The notes beneath the pieces were generated by a model that did no database searches, was not told the DNA's origin, and worked only from the letters and a program-made list of their open reading frames with translations. This document shows positions 1 through 8,903 of a stretch of DNA of 64,000 bases, one piece after another (the first letter of the stretch is position 1; the number at the start of each line of letters is the position of its first letter). The stretch lies in NCBI GenBank assembly GCA_965203445.1, contig OZ241883.1, positions 64,001 through 128,000 on the forward strand, written 5' to 3'. The position numbers and the translations under genes were made by a program. This DNA is from Candidatus Oxydemutator sp. (GTDB lineage: Bacteria > Pseudomonadota > Gammaproteobacteria > Poriferisulfidales > Oxydemutatoraceae).

Positions 1-541
1 CGACGACGATGCCGCCGATGCCGCCGAACGTCAGCAGCCCGGCGATGCTGTAGCCCATCGTCTGCAACGCCATCAGGGCCGCGGTTACGACGACCGACGC
101 GCGCAGCAGTTTGTTCAGCGCGCGCGTGCCGGCGCGGTCGAGCATTTTGTCTCCGGCGTCGTCGGCGAGCAGGCGCTGCTCCACCCCGCGCAAAAAGCGC
201 AGCACGAACCACGCCAGCGTGCCGATGACCAGCAGTTTTCTGACGGTGGCGATCAGCCCGGTGAACCAGGCGTCGCCAGCGTGCCACGTGAACTCGGCGG
301 CGTAGCTGATGCCGAGCGTCCACACGAACACCGTCAGCGGCGTCTTCAGGCTGGTCAGCAGCACGTCGTCCCACTTCGTCTGCGTGCGCCCGGCGCGCTC
401 GATCAGTTTGCGGATGCCGCGGTTCAGCAGCCAACTGGCGACCATCACCGCAAATACGATCGCGAACAGCGCCAATACCAGCCACAGCGGCGAGTCCGGG
501 CCGAACCCAAAATAATTCGATTGTTGCAGCCACTCCTGCAT
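1..541 (-). CDS. Small-conductance mechanosensitive channel (MscS family), N-terminal part; runs off the left edge
   Basis: Manual translation from ATG at 541 (GGAG RBS upstream): MQEWLQQ...TKWDDVLL..LKTPL...LQTMGYSIAGLLTFGGIGGIVV; several TM segments and the MscS TM3-type 'G.S...LL..GG.GG' motif. Confidence 0.8.
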   Translation of the reverse strand, partial: MQEWLQQSNYFGFGPDSPLWLVLALFAIVFAVMVASWLLNRGIRKLIERAGRTQTKWDDVLLTSLKTPLTVFVWTLGISYAAEFTWHAGDAWFTGLIATVRKLLVIGTLAWFVLRFLRGVEQRLLADDAGDKMLDRAGTRALNKLLRASVVVTAALMALQTMGYSIAGLLTFGGIGGIVV

Positions 542-623
542 GGTGTCTCCTTCTTTGAATGAACGCTTGGATTAACGCCCCGAATCAACGTCGGGCGTCA
601 ACGTCGCCCGCCGACGTTGTTCG

Positions 624-1655
624 TCAACGCGGCGACGCCGCGAACCTCTCCAACAACGCGACCGCCTGCGCATAATCGAACGCCTGGCCGACGGCGGCGG
701 CGCGCGCGCGACGTACCGAATCCCAGCGCCGCGCCGCCGCCGCGCCGTAGCGTTCGGCTTCGGCGTCGTCGAAACCGGCCATCAGTCGCCGCGCCATCGC
801 GCGATTATTGCAGACTAAGGCCACGTCGCAACCGGCATCCAAGGCCCGTTTCAGCGCGGCGGCGTCGGGGGACAGGCTGCCGCTCATGCCGAGGTCGTCG
901 GTGAACGCGACGCCGCCGAACCCCATTCGCCCGCGCAGCACGTCGCGCAGCCAATAACGCGACAGGCTTGCGGGCCGGTCGTCGGCCTCGGCATAGACCA
1001 CGTGCGACAACATCACCGCGTCGAGCAGGCGCCGCGACGCCAGCATCTCGAAGGGTTTGAGATCGAGGGCCGCTATCGCGTCGAGCCTGCGCCCGTCGAG
1101 GACGCGGCGATGATGGGTGTCGCCTGCCGCCGAACCGTGTCCGGGAAAATGCTTGGCGACCGCGATCATGCCGGCGTCGTGCAGCCCGGTGATGAACGCG
1201 CCGCCGAGCGCGGCTATGGCATGCGGATCACGATGGAACGCGCGCTCGCCGATGACGCCGCCGGCACCGGTGTGGACGTCCAACACCGGCGCGAAACTGA
1301 AATCAACGCCGACGCCCTGCAACTCGCGCGCGACGACGCGCCCGAACGCGCGCGCGACCGCCAGCGCCTCGTCGCGGTCGCGGTCGTAACGCCGTCCGAC
1401 GGCCGCGGCTTGCGGCAGCGCGGTGAAATGCGCGCGCAGCCGCTGGACGTCGGCGCTTTCCTGATCCACCGCGATTTGCAGGCCCGGTTTCAGTGCGTGA
1501 ACGTCGTCGCACAACGCGCGCAACTGTTCCGGTTCGCGGTAGTTGCGCGCAAACAGCACGACGCCGCCGACCAGCGGGTGCGCCAACAATTCTCTTTCCT
1601 CGGGCGTCGGGGCGAGGCCGTCGAGACCCAGCATGAACACGCCGGCGTCAGCCAT
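624..1655 (-). CDS. nagZ: Beta-N-acetylhexosaminidase (GH3)
   Basis: GGVVLFARN, IAVDQE, FAPVLD, KHFPGHGS..DTH, FTDDLGM motifs; start taken at MADAGVFMLG. Confidence 0.92.
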   Translation of the reverse strand: MADAGVFMLGLDGLAPTPEERELLAHPLVGGVVLFARNYREPEQLRALCDDVHALKPGLQIAVDQESADVQRLRAHFTALPQAAAVGRRYDRDRDEALAVARAFGRVVARELQGVGVDFSFAPVLDVHTGAGGVIGERAFHRDPHAIAALGGAFITGLHDAGMIAVAKHFPGHGSAAGDTHHRRVLDGRRLDAIAALDLKPFEMLASRRLLDAVMLSHVVYAEADDRPASLSRYWLRDVLRGRMGFGGVAFTDDLGMSGSLSPDAAALKRALDAGCDVALVCNNRAMARRLMAGFDDAEAERYGAAAARRWDSVRRARAAAVGQAFDYAQAVALLERFAASPR

Positions 1656-2433
1656 CACGGCGCCCCCACCCCGACGCTTCGGCGACAATCGCAATCCCCT
1701 CCAACACCAGATTCGGCGCCGCCACGCAATTCTCGAAAACCGCAAGCGTTCGCGCCCCGCCGCCGGTCAGCACGAGCGGGGCGTCGGCGTCGCGTTGCGC
1801 GCGCATGTCGCGGATGATGGATTCGACTCCGGCGGCGACAACGCGCCGGCAACCGGCGGCGACGGCTTCGTCGGTGGCGGTGGCGAAGAGGTCGTCTTTG
1901 GAGACGGCGGCTTCGGAGGCCGCGGCAAAAGCGGCCCGCCGCAAACCATGCGTCCGACGACACAGGGCGTCTCGCAGCAAGCCGGCGCCGGGCAGTATCA
2001 CGCCGCCGTGGTGCAGTCCGTCGCCGTCGAGGTAATCCAACGTCAGCGCGGTGCCGCAATCCGCGACGATACACGAGCGCTTCAGGCGCCGCCGCGCCGC
2101 GATCAGCGCAAGGCAGCGGTCGGCGCCGAGCTGGTCCGCGCGGTAGCGCGTCGCAACGCCGCACGCCGGCAACGCCGGCGAGAGAAAGATCGGATCGGGC
2201 GCGTCGTCGCCAAAAGCCGTGCGCACGGCTTGCGCGACGCGGGCGTCGCATTCGGCGCCGGCGACGCTTGCAATATGCACCGATTGCGGTGCTTGGCGCA
2301 GACGTTGTCTCAACGAGCGCCGCAGTCCGTCGCCGAGATCGGCGGTCGGCAACGCGGCGCAAAACGCGACCGCGCCTTCGTCCACGCGCGCGTACTTGCA
2401 GCGGCTGTTGCCGACGTCTATCAGTAATCTCAC
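1648..2433 (-). CDS. coaX: Type III pantothenate kinase
   Basis: LLIDVGNSRCK, LGADR, VADCGTALTLD, GGVILPG, LTGGGA, NLVLEG; GTG start; follows birA. Confidence 0.9.
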   Translation of the reverse strand: MRLLIDVGNSRCKYARVDEGAVAFCAALPTADLGDGLRRSLRQRLRQAPQSVHIASVAGAECDARVAQAVRTAFGDDAPDPIFLSPALPACGVATRYRADQLGADRCLALIAARRRLKRSCIVADCGTALTLDYLDGDGLHHGGVILPGAGLLRDALCRRTHGLRRAAFAAASEAAVSKDDLFATATDEAVAAGCRRVVAAGVESIIRDMRAQRDADAPLVLTGGGARTLAVFENCVAAPNLVLEGIAIVAEASGWGRRDG

Positions 2434-2462
2434 GCTACTCTCGCGTTCCGCTCGCGTTCCGC

Positions 2463-3290
2463 TCAGGCGGGCGGGCGCACGCGCACTTCCTCGCAGCGGC
2501 AAATCCTGACGCCCTTTGGCGTTTCGACGCGCAGGCAGGCTTGTTCGTCCACGCCGCGCGCGACGCCGCGGAAAGAAGCGCGCGCGACGCCCGCCGTCGG
2601 CACAACCTCGACCGGCTTGTCGCGCAACAGATCGAGCGGCGCGAAACGCCTTGCCAGCGAGCCCTTTGTGGCCGACGACGTGCAGTCGGCCGCCTCGAAG
2701 ACGGCCTCGATGACAAGCGCCGCGACGCGGTCGCCGTCCGGCGAAGGCAGACCGGCGTCGGCCAACGTCGCCCCCGACGTCGTCCCCAACGTCGTCCCCG
2801 AGCGCTCGATTGCGGCGCCCGCGTCCCGCGGCAACGCGACGTTGACGCCGACGCCGGCCACGCACAACGACCCGCGCCGCTCGATCAGAACACCGGCGAG
2901 TTTTCCGGCGCCGCAATACAGATCGTTCGGCCACTTGACGCCGACCCGCGTAGCACTCGCCTCGCACAGGCGTCGCGCCAACGCGACGGCGATCATCAAA
3001 CCGAGCCAGCCGGCGCGCGTCTCGTCCGGCGACGCGCGCCACGCCGCCGACAGATACACGCCGCCCGCGGGCGAAATCCAGGAGCGCCCGCGGCGCCCGC
3101 GCCCCGCCGTCTGCCGGCGCGCCAGGCACAACGTGAATTTCCTGTACGGCGGCGGCGCCCTCGACAGCAGATAATCGTTGGTCGAGTCGACGACGTCGAG
3201 CGCGCAAAACGCGGCGATGCGCCGTCGCGCGCGCAGCGGCAGCCGCGTAAGCAGACGGGCGGAAGCAAAAGGGGAGACGGCGGCTTGCAC
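2463..3290 (-). CDS. birA: Biotin--[acetyl-CoA-carboxylase] ligase (no N-terminal HTH)
   Basis: VDSTNDY, QTAGRGRRGRSW.SP, VKWPNDL, KLAGVLIE, GVGVNV motifs. Confidence 0.92.
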   Translation of the reverse strand: MQAAVSPFASARLLTRLPLRARRRIAAFCALDVVDSTNDYLLSRAPPPYRKFTLCLARRQTAGRGRRGRSWISPAGGVYLSAAWRASPDETRAGWLGLMIAVALARRLCEASATRVGVKWPNDLYCGAGKLAGVLIERRGSLCVAGVGVNVALPRDAGAAIERSGTTLGTTSGATLADAGLPSPDGDRVAALVIEAVFEAADCTSSATKGSLARRFAPLDLLRDKPVEVVPTAGVARASFRGVARGVDEQACLRVETPKGVRICRCEEVRVRPPA

Positions 3291-3399
3291 AACGCCGCTA
3301 TTTTATATCGGCTTTACGTCGGCGCGCCGCGGCGCGGCGAATACACGGAGATTTGTCGGCGGACGAAAGGCACCCACCCAGGCTTGCGGCTGATAACTC

Positions 3400-4488
3400 C
3401 TATTCGCGGCACGGAATGTAGCGCAGGTATTCCATGTCCGTGCGCACTTTCTGTCCGTCCGGCGACAATACCACGTAACCGTATTCGTGGGCCAACGCGA
3501 CGGCGTCATCATCCACGGTCATGCCCGCCACCACCGGCACCAGGATTCTGCCGCGCAACTCCGGCAACCTGCGCATGGCGTTCGGCAGCAACGTCTTGTG
3601 CACCTTCTCCACGTCGGTCTTGCGCAATCGCAGCTTGATCTCGACGACGGCGACGTACTTCCCGTTGTGCATGACCAGATCGTATTCCGCTCTCCTGCCG
3701 CGGCGGTCAACTATGACGTTGGGGCGAATTTCTCCAAAATGCATACCGCCGATCCAGCGGTTTTTTCTCAGCGCCTCGTAGAAGAAGTCTTCCGCTAAGC
3801 GGCCATGTGTCTCGCCCATGCCGCCGACCAGCTCTTTGAGCTTCTCCCATTTCTGATCGCGCTTGTGCTCGAGTTTCTCGCGTTCCTGTTCGAGCCTCTT
3901 CCGTTCCTGCTCGAGCTTCTGCCGTTTCTGCTCGCGTTCCTGATCGCGTTCCCGCTCGAGCTTCTCCCATTCCTGCTTGCGTTCCTGCTCGAGCTTCTGC
4001 TCGAGCTTCTCGCGTTCCCGCTCGAGCTTCTCCCATTCCCGCTTGCGTTCCTGCTCGCGCTTCTCCCACTCACGCTCGCGCTCCTGCTCGAGCCTCTCCT
4101 GCTCCTGCTTGCGTTCCTGCTCACGCTTCTGCTCGAGCTTCTCGCGCTCCTGCTCGCGCTTCTCCCACTCACGCTCGCGCTCCTGCTCGAGCCTCTCCTG
4201 CTCCTGCTTGCGTTCCTGCTCACGCTTCTGCTCGAGCTTCTCGCGCTCCTGCTCGCGCTTCTCCCATTCACGCTCGTGCCTCTGCTCGCGCTCGGCGTCG
4301 GCTTTATGGCGCTCAGCCCTCTCCCTTTCGAAGGCCGTCATCATCTCGTTCAATCTCGCCCTGAAGTCGGCGCGATCTCTGACGCTGTCTCGGGTGGCCT
4401 TGGCCTGAATTGCGGCGGCCTGGCCCAGGTATCTCTCGGCGCGATCCAGATAGTCTCGTGTTTTTTCGGAGTCGTTCATGGCGTTCAT
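3400..4488 (-). CDS. Coiled-coil repeat protein with C-terminal PD-(D/E)XK nuclease-like domain (DUF3782-like)
   Basis: Long E/R/K/Q repeat region followed by G.LAEDFF...EYDLV......VVEIK, an E...D...ExK arrangement. Confidence 0.7.
   Translation of the reverse strand: MNAMNDSEKTRDYLDRAERYLGQAAAIQAKATRDSVRDRADFRARLNEMMTAFERERAERHKADAEREQRHEREWEKREQEREKLEQKREQERKQEQERLEQEREREWEKREQEREKLEQKREQERKQEQERLEQEREREWEKREQERKREWEKLEREREKLEQKLEQERKQEWEKLERERDQEREQKRQKLEQERKRLEQEREKLEHKRDQKWEKLKELVGGMGETHGRLAEDFFYEALRKNRWIGGMHFGEIRPNVIVDRRGRRAEYDLVMHNGKYVAVVEIKLRLRKTDVEKVHKTLLPNAMRRLPELRGRILVPVVAGMTVDDDAVALAHEYGYVVLSPDGQKVRTDMEYLRYIPCRE
3840..4290 (-). repeat. Intragenic tandem repeats (33-nt units; 99-nt higher-order repeat)
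   Basis: ctgctcgcgcttctccca recurs at 4051, 4150 and 4249 (period 99); protein units EWEKREQEREK/LEQKREQERKQ/EQERLEQERER. Confidence 0.9.
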
Positions 4489-4713
4489 TGTATATTGGTG
4501 TTCGCCGCGCGCAAGCGGCAAACACCGGCGGTCGCGGAGTCACACTGCGCCCCGGCCAACCCTTTCTACCATTCGTCGGATGACTTCTTCCGCGCAATCT
4601 GCAAGTTGCATTTCCACCTGCCACTCGTCGCCGTTTTTGTGAATACTCTGCTCTTCGTCGGCTATTTGGGGCATCTCGTCGCAGCGGCTTCGGTATGGCC
4701 GGATGGTTGCGTA

Positions 4714-4750
4714 TATAATTCCCGGCCAAAACGTCCAAAATGTCCAAAAC
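4714..4750 (+). promoter_or_regulatory. Putative sigma70 -10 box followed by three 9-bp direct repeats upstream of yceI
   Basis: TATAAT at 4714-4719, then ggccaaaac/gtccaaaat/gtccaaaac, then GAGGGGAGGA RBS. Confidence 0.5.
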
Positions 4751-4766
4751 GAGGGGAGGAACACAA

Positions 4767-5363
4767 ATGGCGATGCAAGACAAAACATCCAAAGCCGCGG
4801 GCGCCTTGAAGACGACGTGCGCGGCCGCCGTGCTGGCGCTGTTCGCCACCGCCGCGCCCGCCGCCGACTACACGATAGACGAGAGCCACGCCTTCATCCA
4901 ATTTCGCGTCAAGCACCTGGGCTATAGCTGGCTGGTGGGCAGGTTCAACCGCTTTTCCGGCGCGTTCTCATACGATGCCGACGGCGGCGGCATGGGCGAG
5001 GTCGAGGTCGAGATTGACACCGCGAGCGTGGACAGCAACCACGCCGAGCGCGACAAGCACCTGCGCAACGAGGACTTCCTCGACGTGGCGAAATACCCGA
5101 GCGCGACGTTTCGCGCCACGCGCTACGACGGCGACGCCGACGGCGGCACGCTGCACGGTGCGCTGACGCTGCACGGCCACGTGCGCCCGCTCGCAATCAC
5201 GGTGCGCAAGATCGGCGAAGGCCCCGACCCGTGGGGCGGCTACCGCGCCGGCTTCGAGGGCAAGGTCGTCTTTGCGCTCGCCGACTTCGGCATTGATTAC
5301 GACCTGGGGCCGACGGCAAAGAACGTCGAGATGGAACTGCACATCGAGGGCATCCGGCGCTGA
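4767..5363 (+). CDS. yceI: YceI family periplasmic polyisoprenoid-binding protein
   Basis: Signal peptide; YTIDESHAFIQFRVKHLGYS..GRFN.FSG, SVDSNHAERDKHLR, DPWGGYRAGFEG. Confidence 0.92.
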   Translation: MAMQDKTSKAAGALKTTCAAAVLALFATAAPAADYTIDESHAFIQFRVKHLGYSWLVGRFNRFSGAFSYDADGGGMGEVEVEIDTASVDSNHAERDKHLRNEDFLDVAKYPSATFRATRYDGDADGGTLHGALTLHGHVRPLAITVRKIGEGPDPWGGYRAGFEGKVVFALADFGIDYDLGPTAKNVEMELHIEGIRR

Positions 5364-5926
5364 TGCGCGCGCGACCGGCGCGACCGGCATACTCGGCGCG
5401 CTATGGCGTCGTCGCGCGGGCGATGCACTGGCTGATCGCGGCGCTGATTCTGTCCATGGTCGCGCTCGGCGCGTGGCTGGTCGCGGCCGGCTATTACGAC
5501 CGCTGGTATCAGGACGCGCTGTTCTGGCATCGCGCGCTCGGGATCGCGGTGCTGCCGCTGGCGGCGTTTTACATCGTGTGGCGCGGCGTGCGTCCCAAGC
5601 CCGCGCCCGCCGCCGGCCTCGCCGCCTGGGAACGCGCCGCGGCCACGGCGGCGCACCGCGCGTTCTTCGTGCTGATGTTCGCGCTGCCGGTGAGCGGCTA
5701 TCTGATCTCGGCGGCCGCCGGCGCGCGGGTGCCGCTGCCGGGAGGCCTCGCAATTCCGGCGCCCGCGTCTTTCGGCGTCGAGATCGGCGACGGCCTGCGC
5801 GCGCTCGCCGAGCAGGCGCATTACTGGCTTGGCTACGGCGTGGCGGCCTTGGCCGCGATCCACGCCGCGGCCGCGATCAAACATCAGTGGTTCGACGGCA
5901 ACGGCGTGCTGCGCCGGATGTGGTGA
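5363..5926 (+). CDS. Cytochrome b561 (YceJ-like)
   Basis: RYG.VAR.MHWLIA, WHRALG, AHRAF...LPVSGY, AHYW...IHAAAAIKHQW; coupled to yceI. Confidence 0.88.
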   Translation: MRARPARPAYSARYGVVARAMHWLIAALILSMVALGAWLVAAGYYDRWYQDALFWHRALGIAVLPLAAFYIVWRGVRPKPAPAAGLAAWERAAATAAHRAFFVLMFALPVSGYLISAAAGARVPLPGGLAIPAPASFGVEIGDGLRALAEQAHYWLGYGVAALAAIHAAAAIKHQWFDGNGVLRRMW

Positions 5927-5939
5927 AGCGGGCGCGACG

Positions 5940-7646
<1,707 letters not shown>

Positions 7647-7668
7647 GGCGGGTGACGCGCAGCGCCGA

Positions 7669-8901
7669 TCAAGGACTGTGATGCGCGTAAATTGTCAATA
7701 TCAGCTCGGAATCGTCTATCAACCGATATTGTGGCCTGCGCCCGCTGAGCCGCTCGCTCTCCTCCATGATGATGGGCACCCCTTCTCCGCGGCGTTCCAG
7801 ATAGTAGCGACGCAGCACGCGGTCATGGTCTATCGCCACGCGGCAGCGACTCAACAGGCTGGTCAACAGCTCGTTCCTCGTGGCTTGGCGCAGATGGATA
7901 TTGTCGACGGAAATGGTGTTTGGCGGCGCGCCCGGGGAGAATATTTCCAGGTGGTCGTCGAACATGAAAAAGCGTATCTTCGAGCCGTGAACGGAGTAAT
8001 CCCGATGCGCCACCGCGTTGACTATCGCCTCGAAGACGACGCGGTCGGAATACTGGGGCGTCTCCTCGCGGTAAGGCTTTTTCACGGCGCCGATGAGCTG
8101 ATTCCTCGCAAGGAAGCCCATCGCCTCGTCAATCTGTTTGTTCAAAGGCCCGGTAATCTGGTGTGCGTCAATCTGGCGATGAGAATCTCTCCTCGTTCCC
8201 CTGTAGCGCACCGCCTCGATAAAGGCGTTCGGCAGAAACTTTTCGGGTTGCTCGGCACACATCAACACCCCGCCGACGGAGGCATGCAGCCGCCCTTGGT
8301 CCTCCACCAGTAAACGGCACTTTTTCAGGAGATCCTCCGCGGCACCCGCGGAGCGCGCCACCAGCGGACGCCATAACTCCTCTGCCAAATCGGCCGCGGA
8401 CGATTCCGGCACGGACTGCTCGTCAAACCGGATGAGCCGCGCCTGGCTACGCTGTTGCATCAGGCGCGCCAGAATATCGGGAGACATCTTGCGCTTGCTG
8501 CTCCCCTGCCTCTCAAAATACCCGTGCGGACTGCTGTGCACCCACAGGCTTCGAGGAACGTGTACAAACAGAACGGGGCGCTCTTCACCGTCCAAACCGG
8601 GGAGATAATCCTTGCGAGTATGGACGTTGATCCTTGGTTCTATAGTGTCCTTGCATAACTCTACTACCCTGCTTTCGATGGACTCGATCTGCTCCGCTGA
8701 GAGCCCTGTAACCTCCCGATTTTTGTTCACCCCGAATACTATGGTGCCCCCGTTGGAATTGGCGAAAGCAGCTATTTCATCGGCCAAACCATGCCAGTCT
8801 TCCTTGCTTGGTCTCCTGGCGACAGTACCATTCTTGAACTCAAGAGTAGAGTCTTCCCCCAAACTCAGCCTCTTTCTGATATCTCCAATAATCTCGAACA
8901 T
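7669..8901 (-). CDS. Schlafen/AlbA_2 domain + HATPase_c_4 (RecG-C-like) protein, copy 1
   Basis: GEDSTLEFK...EIAAFANSNGGTIVFGV; EAIVNAVAHRDYS; IFSPG; RNELL; ERRGEGVP; visibly lower GC than flanks. Confidence 0.82.
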   Translation of the reverse strand: MFEIIGDIRKRLSLGEDSTLEFKNGTVARRPSKEDWHGLADEIAAFANSNGGTIVFGVNKNREVTGLSAEQIESIESRVVELCKDTIEPRINVHTRKDYLPGLDGEERPVLFVHVPRSLWVHSSPHGYFERQGSSKRKMSPDILARLMQQRSQARLIRFDEQSVPESSAADLAEELWRPLVARSAGAAEDLLKKCRLLVEDQGRLHASVGGVLMCAEQPEKFLPNAFIEAVRYRGTRRDSHRQIDAHQITGPLNKQIDEAMGFLARNQLIGAVKKPYREETPQYSDRVVFEAIVNAVAHRDYSVHGSKIRFFMFDDHLEIFSPGAPPNTISVDNIHLRQATRNELLTSLLSRCRVAIDHDRVLRRYYLERRGEGVPIIMEESERLSGRRPQYRLIDDSELILTIYAHHSP

Positions 8902-8903
8902 GT

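Noticed and set aside
586-619. Inverted repeat between nagZ and mscS
   Set aside because: An imperfect hairpin with no clear U-tract; ordinary and not confidently assignable.
3840-4290. Periodic repeats as a possible CRISPR array
   Set aside because: No unique spacers; the units are in-frame multiples of 33 nt inside a coding region.
4540-4788. Small minus-strand ORF (…MPQIADEEQSIHKNGDEWQVEMQ…)
   Set aside because: No recognisable motif and it overlaps the yceI promoter; could be a gene remnant but cannot be supported.
3805-4809. 334-aa Leu-rich + strand ORF resembling a membrane protein
   Set aside because: Antisense shadow of the E/K/Q/R repeat gene.
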